Source: Eledone cirrhosa (Eukaryota). Taken from it: a stretch of DNA of 64,000 bases. This document shows, piece after piece, positions 26,589 through 40,914 of the stretch. How positions within the stretch are numbered: position 1 is the first letter of the stretch; each line of letters starts with the position of its first letter. Position numbers and translations under genes: made by a program. Below the pieces are notes generated by a model. The model was not told where the DNA came from. It worked only from the letters and a program-made list of their open reading frames with translations, and ran no database searches. The stretch is taken from positions 239,630,001-239,694,000 of the forward strand of contig OZ024743.1 of NCBI GenBank assembly GCA_964016885.1. The letters run 5' to 3'.

Positions 26589-26957
26589 GTGAGGTTTTTT
26601 TTACAAAATGAAAAATAACCGAGGTGTCCTCCACGAGTGGAAGTATAAAGAAAAAGGGATGAAATCGAAAATGCAACTGAAGTCTTATTTTTTTTTTTCT
26701 TATTTTTTTTTTAAATATATATGTTTATTTGGTTCCTTTACCGGTTTCGCAGTTCTTCTGCTTTTCAAAAGGTGAGTTGAGATGGAGGGTCTGTGGTTTT
26801 TCGAGAAAAACCACAGACCCTCCATCTCAATTCTACTTTTGAAAAGCACAAGAACTGCGAAACCGGTAAAGGAACCAAATAAACATATATATTTTAAAAA
26901 AAAAAAAAGAAAAAAAAAAATAAGACTTCAGTTGCATTTTCGATTTCATCCCTTTTT

Positions 26958-26961
<4 letters not shown>
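26582..26961. mobile_element. Family C element forming a fold-back with ~155-bp arms (centre ~26803)
   Basis: Arms 26646-26801 and 26805-26961 are reverse complements, with (TA)n on both sides. Confidence 0.9.
26831..26874 (+). ncRNA. Hammerhead ribozyme, U3-A8 core variant (family C)
   Basis: ttc(ta)ctt-TTGAAAA-gca-caagaac-tgc-GAAA-ccggta-aaggaa. Confidence 0.6.
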
Positions 26962-26988
<27 letters not shown>

Positions 26989-27281
26989 AGTATGCATATA
27001 TATATATATATTTACATATATATTTACATATATATTTACATATATGTATATATATATATATATATATAAGTATATATTTACATATATGTATATATATATA
27101 TATATATATAAGTATGCATATATATATATATATATATTTACATATATGTATATATATATATATGTATATATATGTATATATACATATATATATAAATGTA
27201 TATATACATATATATATAAATGTATATATATATATATATATATTTATACATACACATATATATACATATACACACATACAC

Positions 27282-27455
<174 letters not shown>

Positions 27456-27508
27456 TTGTTACTGTGGAGGTTCGCCGTTGATGTCCTTATTATACATTTG
27501 TTTATTTA

Positions 27509-27569
<61 letters not shown>

Positions 27570-27689
27570 TAGTGATTCATATACATAATGATGAGAGAGA
27601 AACCAACATGTGAGGCCTAGATTTCCCCATGTCAAGATTTGAACCAAACTAATTGGGCAATGATAGGATATGCACAAGAAATAAACAGA

Positions 27690-27725
<36 letters not shown>

Positions 27726-27844
27726 ATATATATATATATATATAGTTATAATAGTAAATGTGAAGACTAAAAGGCTCGATAAGGATAGGGTTAAAGCAGT
27801 GATTCTTTGCTTAAACTTTAACCTCTAATTTTAATATATATATA

Positions 27845-28233
<389 letters not shown>

Positions 28234-28666
28234 CAAAAACGGAGTTAAAGTCTTACATTTATCCCCTATGATTTAATGAGCTCAAGGATTAGATTCCGAG
28301 TTCTTTAAAATCAGCATATAGAGAGAAGTACACATAGAGAGATATGTGTTCAATCATATCACAGTCAGAGTGACGAACATATTAACTACGGACGGAATGG
28401 TGAATACAAAACAATTAAAAAAGTATTTTTGTATGTAAATGGTAAACAGAAATAGCAAAAATAACAAAACAAACGACACAGTATATGGAAGGAATATAGT
28501 AGTTTAACGGTTGAAATAGTAGAATCGAGACATATCCGAGGATATTGCGATTTCAGAGTCAGGTTCGATCATTACATCGACCGTGCCTCGAGCTGGTCGC
28601 CAAAGAAACGATTGTAATATGTCTAATAAATTTTATTCGTCGCACCACTGATTCTCCGTTTCTTAT

Positions 28667-29040
<374 letters not shown>

Positions 29041-29159
29041 TTTAAGTAACAGCCGTACTAAGAGTGGGAAATGAAATTTCGTTTCATTTTTTCCGTTTAT
29101 ATATATATATAGATAAAATAAAATACTTAAGTAAAATATTTAAAATTTGGCTTCGTTTA

Positions 29160-29560
29160 TTACAGGTGTAGTCCTTTATATATTTCGGTGACAGCCATCC
29201 TTGGCTGTGATCTCTTCAGGCAGTCCGAATTGGTGTGGTAGAGACGGGTACACATGTTGTTGAAGTGTTTTCCTCGGAGAAATAACAACCTAACCAGGAA
29301 CTGGACATATCGGAGTATTGACGGAGTTAAACACTTCAACAACATGTGTATCCGTCTCTACCACACAAATTCCGACTGCCTGAAGAGGTCACAGCCAATG
29401 ATGGCTGTCACCGAAATATATATAGCAGTACATCTTTAATATTTGACTTAATTATTTTATTTTACATTACTCCGGAGTAACCAAACCAACCTGCACACTT
29501 CGTCGAGTGCTCCAATCTGCATACTGAGGTGTCGGTAAACAACCAACATATACTCAAAAT
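29160..29560. mobile_element. PLE pLTR with inverted 5' copy (family E), HHR on both strands
   Basis: 29165-29270 is the reverse complement of 29330-29435. Confidence 0.85.
29375..29429 (+). ncRNA. Minimal hammerhead ribozyme (family E)
   Basis: actgc-CTGAAGA-ggt(c)acagcca-atga-tggctgtcacc-GAAA-tatatata-gcagt. An antisense copy lies at 29171-29224. Confidence 0.85.
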
Positions 29561-29700
29561 GTATATATAAATATATATATATATACATATGTATATATAT
29601 ATATATATATACATATGTATATATTATGTGTGTGTGTGCGTGTGTGTATATATATATATATATACAGTTTACCTATGTATCCATATATATGCATATAAAT

Positions 29701-29757
<57 letters not shown>

Positions 29758-30017
29758 GTGAGTGAGAGGGTGGGGAGAGTTATGTATATAGTGTTATTGT
29801 TAACATTTAACAAATGATAAATGTCATCAATTTATTGTTGTTTATATAATCACTTTCACATATATCCTACTTCATTATTGTGTGAATTTTAATGTCTCTA
29901 TATTTACATACGAATTAATCATTTTCACTCTCATAACTGCTGTTGCTGCTAATATTTTTACTAGTACCTCCCACTCTACTACCACTTCTATTACTACTAC
30001 TACTACTACTACTACTA

Positions 30018-30783
30018 AATAATTGTTTCTCCTCTAGGCACATGGCCACCAATTAATCAGTACATTACTGGTACTTTATTTTATCAACACCGTAAGGATG
30101 AAAGGCAAAGTTAACCTCGGCGGGATTTGAACTCAGATCGTAAAGGGACGTAACTATGCTGCACTACTACTAAATAATTGTTTCTACTTTAGGCACAAGG
30201 CCAGCAAATAACCAGTACATTACTGGTACTTTATTTTATCGACCCCGTAAGGATGAAAGGCAAAGTCAACCTCGGCGGGATTTGAACTCAGATCGTAAAG
30301 GGACGTAACTATGCTGGAAAGCATGGCGTCCGACTCTCCACCGATACTGCCAATCCAAATAATGATTTCTAGTACAGGTACAATGCCAGTAATTTGGGGA
30401 GAGGAGAAAGTCGATTAAATCGACCTCAGTGCGTGACTGGTTCTTTATTTTATCGACCTCGCAAGGATGAAAGGCAAAGCTAACTTCGGCGAAATTTGAA
30501 CTCAGAACGTAAAGGGCCGTAACTCTATGCTGAGAACATGTTGTCCGACGCTCTATCAATACTGCCAATCCACCGCCCAACCGTCCTAATAATAATTGTT
30601 TCTACTTTTGACAAAAGGCCAGCAATTATCTCAATGCATTACTGGTACTTTATTTTATCGACCCCGTAAGGATGAAAGGCAAAGTTAACCTTGGCAGTAT
30701 TTGAACTCAGAACGTAAAGGTCCGTAACTCTATGCGGCAAAGCATGGCGTCCGACCCTCTACCGATACTGCCAATGCACCGCC
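30018..30783 (-). mobile_element. Four head-to-tail tRNA-SINE copies
   Basis: Copies at ~30018, ~30172, ~30360 and ~30590. Confidence 0.9.
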
Positions 30784-32260
30784 ATTAATAATAACAATAA
30801 TAATTTTGTTTAATTTGCTTTTATACCTTCCATCCACATCCCGGCTTTTTTACAGACATATTAAAATGAACGCAGTGAATTACTCGCATTTCTGTTGTCC
30901 TTGCTGCTGCTGTCACCTGCAATTCTTACGTAAAGTTAAATGTATTTTGTCTTCTCTTTCTTCACTAATTCATTTATTAGAAAAGAAGAACCTTACAGCA
31001 TTCTGTTTCCATTCATACATCAATAAATCTGTGACATGTCTAATCAATTAATGTTTACACTCCTTATCGTGTTCTATTGTTATCATTAGCAGTTTTTAAA
31101 ATATTTATTATTGTTAAATCTAATGTATTTATTTTTTTTATTCGGTGATGTCCCCTTTTCTTTACTTGATATAAACCACACTGTGTTGTTCTATTCTTAT
31201 ATTATCCATCTTGGGTCTTTTTGTTCAATGAAAGGAATCATTATCTCAGATTATTTTGTATAGAGTGGAGTCAGCATGACAGAATATTAATAAAGTTCGC
31301 TTTGCAATCGGTAGTTCTGGGAACGATCCCACTGAGTGGCATCTTTCATCATGTATTTCAAATAGTCTACCTTTACACATACCTTGTTATGTTGAATCTC
31401 CATAAAAATTACATTGACGGTGTTTCTTGGATGCTCAGCCACTGGTACGTTAAGTTAGGATGGAGAAGGTGTTTCCCCGGAGGAAGAGCCATTCCATCTT
31501 ACGAGTCACCCATCTGAGGCTAGCCAGCTCAGTGCCTATCGTGGTAAGTAGGGAAGTAGCCCTAGGACCAAGGACACCAGCGGTCTCCACGGCTAGTGGC
31601 TCGACTCAAACCTGTCGGAGAGCGGCCAATACATGGAGAGTTTACCATCCTCAGCCCGAAGTGCCGCTGGAGAATGTGTCGCTGAAAGTGGCATCCTAGA
31701 GGAGAGGTTTCCCAGCGCGGAACGGGGAGATGGTCATGCCGAATGGCCTTTTGCAGTCCCCTCGGTCCAGCCTCACCGGCTCGAGCTGGGAAGGGAAGCC
31801 TCGACCATTCAAGCCATGCTTATGACCGCGTTGAGAGCAGCAGGGCTTGGAAGGCGGCCGGCACTTTAGCATTAAGTTTATGAGCAGGATATTCAGTTGA
31901 TTGAACAACTGGGGTGATCATCACCGAAACCAACGGATGTCCATTTCTTCCTCCTTACTTTTTTTTATAGATTGACATAAACTGCATTATACAAAACTAG
32001 ATAAGAATCTCACTGTATTTAGATTCGTTCTGAAATTCAAAGTTGGCTGAGGCTGGTATTGTGTTTTATTTGTGTAGTCGATAACAAAAATATATCAGCC
32101 ATATTTACTTGCGAAGAATATAACAATTATAGACTTCTCTTACGAAATCTAATGGCCTTGTACCAATCAGAGAAATCGATATCATTTAGGTCTTGATACC
32201 ACAACAGGATTGTGGTGGCTTTTAAAGTTTTTATCTTGATATTCCGTATATGTACGTATG

Positions 32261-32461
<201 letters not shown>

Positions 32462-32462
32462 G

Positions 32463-32494
<32 letters not shown>

Positions 32495-32500
32495 TGTATA

Positions 32501-32565
<65 letters not shown>

Positions 32566-32777
32566 AATACAATTCAAAATAAATGTTTTTCTCTCTATAT
32601 ATTAAGAATTATTTCAAGAGTAACTTACTATTTTGAAAATTTGGACTGTGAACAACAATTATAATTGAGTGGTTGCTATTTGCAGTATAGCAATATAAGG
32701 TTACACTTACCCACGAAACGGTCGTAAATACCTGGATAAAATCCTTCTCTTAATACTTACCTGTGTTTTCTCTTTTA

Positions 32778-32842
<65 letters not shown>

Positions 32843-32889
32843 TATATACAAATATATATATATATATACAAATATATATATATATATAT

Positions 32890-33107
32890 GGAAAGTTATA
32901 TTTAAATTGTTGGGTTACCAACGAGTAAATATTTATAACTGATATAAAAGCACTCAACAAGTATTTGGAGTATCTATTTATTTATAAGACTGTTTATATT
33001 GTATTTTGTCTGAAGATGGCATAACATATTGTTAATATGATATCCCTGAAATATATATAACGAAATAAATATGGTTTTATAAATATAGTTTCCATTTATT
33101 TAATATC

Positions 33108-33108
<1 letters not shown>
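32890..33108 (+). mobile_element. Family A PLE end with inverted tail; HHR at 33002-33067
   Basis: tattttgt-CTGAAGA...GAAA-tatatata-acgaaata. 32890-32972 is the reverse complement of the tail at 54230-54310. Confidence 0.7.
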
Positions 33109-33138
<30 letters not shown>

Positions 33139-33189
33139 TATATACAAATATATATATATATACATATATATATACAAATATATATATAT

Positions 33190-33246
<57 letters not shown>

Positions 33247-33253
33247 TATATAC

Positions 33254-33320
<67 letters not shown>

Positions 33321-33375
33321 CATATATATATATACATATATATATATACATATATATATATATACATATATATAC

Positions 33376-33407
<32 letters not shown>

Positions 33408-33785
33408 GTATATAGATATATATATACACGCACAATAGTTTCAAAAAAGATATCTATTACTTGTGGCAATAACGAGTTAACATCAGATGATATTTGCAGG
33501 TGTTTCAACAAGTATGCCTTCTCTGTCCCACAGCAGACTCCCTGCCTATTTTCTTTAACGTGATATCATGTTCCTATTTTGCTTCTAGTCCTGTGTGGAC
33601 TATGTAACTCTGCGTGTGTTTGCGTCTGTGTGAATATGTATGGTAGTATTATAAAGATGTTGGCTGTAGATAATACTGCATGATAGATAGCATAACTATT
33701 TTAGTTTTAATGCAATTATCCAACAGACTGTTATGTTATGAACATGAGGTTTCAGTGGATGATTGCGTTGGTATATACGTTTGAT

Positions 33786-33838
<53 letters not shown>

Positions 33839-34095
33839 ATGTGTGTGTGCGTAATATATATATATGTACAGAAACACAGACACACACACACTCACACACA
33901 CATACAGACATATATTTATATAGTAATAATAAATAGGGATGAGGTCTCAAATTAACAGTCAGTTTCTTCAGGTATGACGTGCGTTTCACGAATGATCAGC
34001 TCAATGTTTGATCTCTATCGATTGGATCCCACTCTGGAATCAAAAGCTAATCAGATATCTGTTTGCTAAACTATAAATATATATATATATGTGGC

Positions 34096-34192
<97 letters not shown>

Positions 34193-34544
34193 CTGTATAC
34201 AGAACCAAAAATATACAATACCTTCTATGCACAACGAAGTTTGTAATTCAAATACTGTTATTTAAATGAACATTGATTACCAGCTAAATTATTCATAAAA
34301 ATATAAAAAGATACTGAAAAGAAAGCCAAACTAAACAGTGAGTGTGTTTTACTATTTCTGGCAATATAAGGCAACAATGACATTCGGTCGATTTTCGTCA
34401 AATAGGACCGAGCAAACAATGTTTCCAATGGAAAATGTGTGTATGTTTCTTCTTTTCACTGCGCGACGACTAATTCAAAATCAGTCATATTTTATGTTAA
34501 CCTATTCTATCCATCTTTCTACACGCACACGGGTTATTGACTTT

Positions 34545-34970
34545 GACCGCTGAACTGCAAAGGATGATACAAACAGTGGAGATAAAATGTTATAAAGAAT
34601 GCAAGGGATCACTCACACAGGATACATCACGAACGTTGAGGTCCGTAGAAGAATCACCCAGCACGCGAGTCAGTTGGAAAATCTGCTGACTACGATGATG
34701 AGGAGAATGTTGTGGAGGTATGGGCAAGTTTCAAGATCGGGTAGACTCTCTGAAAAGATTCTCCAAGGAACAGTACAGAGGAAGAGAAGATGGAGCAGAC
34801 AAAGGAATCGATAGATTGACAACATAGCTGAGTGAAGGGGAAGTACTTCGCCACAAGTAAAGTACTCACCCATGACCACCATGGATGGAGGCAGATCCTG
34901 CAACGTACGGCACTGCAGTGTACCAGCAACCCCGAAAGTGGTTAGGAAACCATGATGATAATGATGAAGA
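34545..34970 (+). mobile_element. RTE-clade LINE 3' fragment
   Basis: ITNVEVRRRI...RRMLWRYGQVSRSGRLSEKILQGTVQRKRRWSRQRNR resembles the RTE ORF2 C-terminus, followed by a (GAT)-like tail. Confidence 0.7.
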
Positions 34971-35066
34971 TGTATATATCTGATTTTTTTGCGTTTCGTT
35001 TCGCCTTTCCTGCCCGCCGAAATGCGATTCTCGCTGAATCTTTATTTGTGTATGTATATATAGTAA

Positions 35067-35153
<87 letters not shown>

Positions 35154-35155
35154 AT

Positions 35156-35539
35156 GAATGCATGACGAAAAACGTAGTCTACAGGTGCAAGGTCACAACC
35201 CCTAACTCGGAGCACCACTACATAGGATCCACGGCGACGAGCTTCAAAGATAGATGGTATAACCATCGCAATTCCTTTAACAGAATAGAAAAGAGGAAAT
35301 GTACGGCCCTTTCTGAATTGATCTGGAAGCTCAAACTTGAAAACACCCCGCACTCTCTGGTCTGGTCTGTGGTTAGAAAGGTTCCCCCAGATAGAGGCGG
35401 GTCTGGTATTTGCAACCTCTGTCTTAGTGAGACACTTGAGATACTTCATGGCGGAACCAAGCTATTAAACAGAAGGGCCGACTTATTCGGCGCCTGCAGA
35501 CACCTAAGGACGGGAACTTTCCTCAAGCTATATGGATAA
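35156..35539 (+). pseudogene. PLE GIY-YIG endonuclease C-terminal fragment (possibly Nematis-type, with CxLC...CRH tail)
   Basis: NVVYRCKV...HYIGSTATSFKDRWYNH...ALSELIWKLK...CNLCLSE...LLNRRADLFGACRH. Confidence 0.85.
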
Positions 35540-36810
35540 ACCCCAGTTAAGGCCTCTCACAACGCCCCGTCCCCCATCACTGTAGGTCCCTTACACCCCG
35601 TACCAATGATCAATGGACAACAACAACCACCCATACTTTGTGGTCCCTACGGTAGATTGTCCACCGGATCCTCTACTGGTTAGGAGTCAACAAAACCACG
35701 TTTATTGAACCTGAGGACCCCCCCCCCCCCCCCGGGAGTGGCCCACACAGGAAGAATAATTATCCCAAGGTACTAACCCTATACGCATGAATGAGTGCCC
35801 GCAACCGTGCATTGTGTGTGTATACTGGGATTACGTGAATGTACACACTCATGTGAACGCAACGAAATACTAATACCCAGGTTGCATTTGAAAAATGTTC
35901 AAGTGTATGCTTAAGAGTATATTTGTATATGCTCTCTTGTATGAGTGCACATATGTATATAGACATACACGCGCATCCAGAGGTATAAAAGTGTAGGTGG
36001 GTATATATGTCTGTACTAATGGATTCGCCTAAGCTCCAAAGCCCCCAAACTATTGCTGTGAAGATATATATCACACTCTACATTTGTCTAGTCTAAACAA
36101 TAACTTTTCCAAACACCCACTTTACTTTTCTTTAAAAATAACACCCACCTAGTTTTATGTTTGCCTTATACTTGGATTTGGGGGCCTCTGTTGTATATAT
36201 ATATGCACTTGTGCGTACATATATATATATACACATCTGTATGGATTTGTGTGTGTAGATGTGTGTGTGTGCCTGAGGGGGTAGGTGTGAGTGTGTGTAC
36301 AAGTCAACCAACATAAGTCTTTTTATTTCTAAAATTTCTAAACTTTCTAAGTATTTGACTCTAACCATAATTTTCAGTATTACCACCCCACATTAACTCC
36401 TCAATTTGTATGTGTGGATGTGTGTGTGTGTCTGTGAGTGTGAGTGTGAGTGTATGTGCAAGTCAACCAACATAAGTCTTTTTGTATGTAAATTTTCTAG
36501 TATTCTACTCTAACCATAATTTTCTAGTATTCTACTCTAACCAATTTATCGAATTTCATATTATAAACCTCAATTGAATATATATCTGACCAAGAATGCT
36601 TTTTGCGAAAAGCAGTCATATGGAACTATTGTCACCGCCTGACTCTTTGAGGTCAAATACCAACCCTACTAACATCTACAAACTGACCAATGAGAATTAA
36701 GACTATTCCTGCTGACAACTATTAAATTATTCCTAACAAGCTCATACGTCCCAAGGCTCTGATACCTTCAACAACATAAACACAGAGCTGGCATATCTAA
36801 GAACTGACTA

Positions 36811-36865
36811 ACTGCCTGATGAGGTCATAGCCATTCAATGCTATCATCGAAATATATATAGCAGT
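36811..36865 (+). ncRNA. Minimal hammerhead ribozyme (family E-related)
   Basis: actgc-CTGATGA-ggt(c)atagc-cattcaat-gctatcatc-GAAA-tatatata-gcagt. Confidence 0.85.
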
Positions 36866-36921
36866 AAATAAAGGATTATGAGTTCATGCAATTGACTTAT
36901 GTTTCGTCACTATATATATAT

Positions 36922-37323
36922 ATATATTGGTAAACGGAATAGAAAATGCTGACAAATTGTTCACAGTTGATAAATGGTTTAATTAGGAATAAAAGAGTAT
37001 TAGTGATTGTATGGGTTAGTATTCAGTTGTGGTTTTAAGTTTTTACGTTTTTACCGGTTGCGCATTTCTAAATGTTTTTCAAAAATAATTTTGAGATAGA
37101 GTGTCCGTGTTGTTTGCTCAGATCAGAGCAAACAACACGGACACTCTATCTCAAAATTATTTTTGAAAAGCATTTAGAAATGCGCAACCGGTAAAAACTT
37201 AAAAACTTAAAACCACAACTGAATACTAACCCATACAATCACTAATACTCTTTTATTCCTAATTAAACCATTTTTCAACTGTAAACAATTTGTCAGCATT
37301 TTCTATTCCGTTTACTAATATAT
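36922..37323. mobile_element. Family B element as a near-perfect ~400-bp palindrome
   Basis: Centre at gatc 37121-37124, arms ~200 bp. Confidence 0.95.
37160..37197 (+). ncRNA. HHR-like motif with U3-A8 and GCAA (A13C) core (family B)
   Basis: ttt-TTGAAAA-gcattt-ag-aaatgc-GCAA-ccggta-aaa. Homologous to the family C HHR, but stem I is weak. Confidence 0.45.
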
Positions 37324-37457
37324 AATAACTTGTGTGTTACACCTCTATTCTTTTAACTATATATATATATATATATATAGTGAAAAATAGAACGGGAACA
37401 AAACAAAGAGGCAGTACAAACAAAGGTTTATTAGTTTCACTCTCTTGAGGGTGAATA

Positions 37458-37491
<34 letters not shown>

Positions 37492-37825
37492 TATTCATGC
37501 GAAGAAAGTGGTTGATTAAATAATCTACATAAATATGTGTATTATGTATACCTAATGATATATGGTATATTTCCGAATAAACATTTTGAAAGCCTTTACG
37601 TGGCGCCATCTAGCTAGTTCCAACAGAATCAGAGGAGATTACCGACAGTCGTTTTTGACTGATCTGTGTTAACAAGGTAATGTTTCCTTCTACCTCGCGT
37701 TCTGCTGGAAATCAATATAGGCGAAAACATACTTTTAATACCTATATACATGGGCTAATAAGTCTCATTTGTACTCTATCTTCGTTCACTAACGTGCGTT
37801 TATGTGTGTTTGTTGTTATTGTACT

Positions 37826-37886
<61 letters not shown>

Positions 37887-38030
37887 TTCCCCTTAGGTCA
37901 GTATTGTGTGTATGCGTATGTTTGTTATTGTTATTCTATTCGTTTTTTTCTATTCACCGTTGGTTTTTTTAATTCTATTTCAGTTGTTTCTCTGAAGTGT
38001 GTATACATTTGTATATATAAAGAGAGAGAG

Positions 38031-38097
<67 letters not shown>

Positions 38098-38934
38098 CAC
38101 CTGAGCATACGTGTGTGTGAGAGGGAGAGTGAGCGAGAAGTAATATCTATGTGAAGCTATGTATAGCTGTCCATGTAAATTCAACATGTACATGTGCCAG
38201 AGAATTCGAATACTGTTTTCAGAGATTCCTAATTGTGTATCAGCTTGTGCTTGTGTGTTCATATTTCTGTAAATCTGAGAGCAGTCGAGCTACCAACACC
38301 TGTTTATCAGTGTCTCTGACACGAAGTTTCACACAAAACTAAGCAATCAATTATTAAAACTTACTATCTTATATATTGTAAAACAAAAGAATATCATACC
38401 TTTCTAACTAGTGTAATAGTATTATCAGACTGCTATATATCACACATCTGTTCAAAATATATGCATCGCAGCAAGTTTTAAAACTTTGTCAAAACAAGAC
38501 AAAACTTTTATTAAAATTTAAAGAAATTCAGTTTATCAAATTGCTGATTTGCCAACCTCTAAAAACCTAAGCGTGGAGTACCATGAAAAATGAAGAGAAA
38601 TGAGGCAAAATGGGAGTAGTTTACATAATGAAAGCTATACCCATTTTCACAAGAGAAGACATCTCCCACCCACCCACAAAATGGATGGGAGATCACCCCG
38701 TCCGACGGGGAGAGTTGACATGTCTGAAATTGCATTGCGATATATACACTGTACTCTAGTTTTAGTAAACAAATGCAGTGTGGCGAAGAAAAATATATCT
38801 TTGCATCAAAAGAGTTCAGTGTTTGATTTCCCACATGCTGGCTCTTAAACTAGTGTTTTTACTCTCTTCTGTATATTTAGTTTGACCTATGCCTTGTAAG
38901 TGAAATTTGGTAGGCGGAAATAGCATCACGTATG

Positions 38935-39092
38935 CAGTGCCGGATTTAGGACAAATGAGACCCTGTGCTAGTTAATATATGAGGCCCATTACTTGGGCCC
39001 TGAAGGAGGTAACAAATATTTTGGCAGGAAGATGGGCCCATTGGCCAACGGAGCCCTGTGCACACCTAAGAACAATGGTAAATCCGGCACTG
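38935..39092. mobile_element. hAT-like MITE
   Basis: 14-bp TIR CAGTGCCGGATTTA / TAAATCCGGCACTG with degenerate 8-bp TSD cacgtatg / cacatata. Confidence 0.75.
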
Positions 39093-39475
39093 CACATATA
39101 TAATACATTCAATATAATTACCATATAGCTAGTATCATTTATATTTCACAAAGCGAGTGAATATCTGATAAAGGGAAGTAATATTTTTTCTTGTAACAAA
39201 AATATATCTTAAACCATATTGCAATTTCTTCATTTTTAGAATCGTTAGTGAAAATTTAAATTTTATTCAGAGCTGGAAGACGAAATCATTCGGATTCAAA
39301 ATTTTCCAGGTGTTAAAATTATTGGCGAATGTAGCGTTCGTGATATATTTTCTATACCATTGTCTGGACAAGAAATGTGTTTGATGATTTTAAGAAAGAA
39401 AATAACATAGATTCTTCGGCATGCTATGTAAATAAATAATTGTTTCTACTTTTGGTACAAGGCCAGCAATTATTG

Positions 39476-39650
39476 GGAACATAAAGTTGGCCATGGGGAA
39501 GCAAGGCTCCCCCAAATGGATGCCCGCCACCGACAATGTTTGCCCTTGCGACTTGTTAATGGACATGGCAAAACATGGTCTCACCGGGAATTGGGATCGC
39601 CGGAAATCGAACGGGATATCTGACGCCAAGGGCAAAAGGTTCATCCTTGG
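39476..39650 (-). pseudogene. Helitron Rep/Hel PIF1-like helicase C-terminal fragment
   Basis: DIPFDFRRSQFPVRPCFAMSINKSQGQTLSVAGIHLGEPCF. Interrupted by a SINE tail at 39435-39475. Confidence 0.85.
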
Positions 39651-40095
39651 CAGTGTATTCGGCAGAATTGCCAGACGTACAACACTATGGGTGTTGTCAT
39701 ATTAATATTTAACCAATTAAAGTCGTAAAAGATAAATAATTTAAACATTTCGATTCATATGACTATAGCATTAATCTGTTATATGAAGTGTTATTTTGCG
39801 GGTTGTTATTTGTAATAAGCCGATTTAAAATGCCCCCAAAAACCGTATGTCAATACGGAACCCCAATGACTCCCCCAGCAGTTAAATTATAGAGAGGGGG
39901 AATAATCTATTATAGAGAGAGGGAAGAGCGACGGAGAGAGTAAAGCTAAGAAACTATAGGGAGGTGTGTAAAACAGTGTTGTCATATAGAGAGTGAAAAG
40001 TGACAGAGAGAGTAAAGCAGTTAAATTATAGAGAGGGGGAATGATCTATTATAGAGAGAGGCAAGAGCGACGGGGAGAATAAAGCTAAATCAAAC

Positions 40096-40375
40096 TATAT
40101 ACTTTATTATATATAATTCAAAGGTACTGTGTTGTTTTTTTTCAGTATGCCTCATCAGACAAAATATATGATTTGATATATGACATACCGCTACGGTCAT
40201 GATTATTCAATTCCCGTATTGGCAGTCAATACTGGAATTGAATAATCATGAACGTAGCGGTATGTCATAAATCAAATCATATATTTTGTCTGATGAGGAC
40301 GTACTGGAAAAACAACACAGTACCTTTGAAATATATATAATAAAGTATATACTTTGATTATAAGAGTATTCTTCA
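40096..40375. mobile_element. Fold-back PLE pLTR with ~125-bp arms and HHR
   Basis: Centre ~40223, with the HHR present on both arms. Confidence 0.85.
40281..40348 (+). ncRNA. Minimal hammerhead ribozyme (family A-related)
   Basis: atattttgt-CTGATGA-gg.cgtactg...cagtacctt-tGAAA-tatatata-ataaagtat. Confidence 0.7.
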
Positions 40376-40436
40376 TGTGTTAACATTTTGAATTATATAT
40401 ATATATACACATATACATACATACACACACACACAT

Positions 40437-40556
<120 letters not shown>

Positions 40557-40652
40557 CGAAGGAATTGTGGTAAGGAACGAGATGGACCATAAATAGTCCA
40601 GAAATAGCCGTCGAAACGGCTTGAGCTCTGCCGTCGGAGTCATACCTTTTCC

Positions 40653-40841
<189 letters not shown>

Positions 40842-40877
40842 ATATATCAAAAACCTCGCAAAACTAATTCATCGCCG

Positions 40878-40914
<37 letters not shown>

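Larger units (their letters stand above)
35150..36910 (+). mobile_element. 5'-truncated Penelope-like element: GIY-YIG domain + ~1.35-kb 3' region with HHR
   Basis: GIY-YIG at 35156-35539, internal duplication ~36270-36525, HHR at 36811-36865, (TA)n flanks. Confidence 0.8.
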
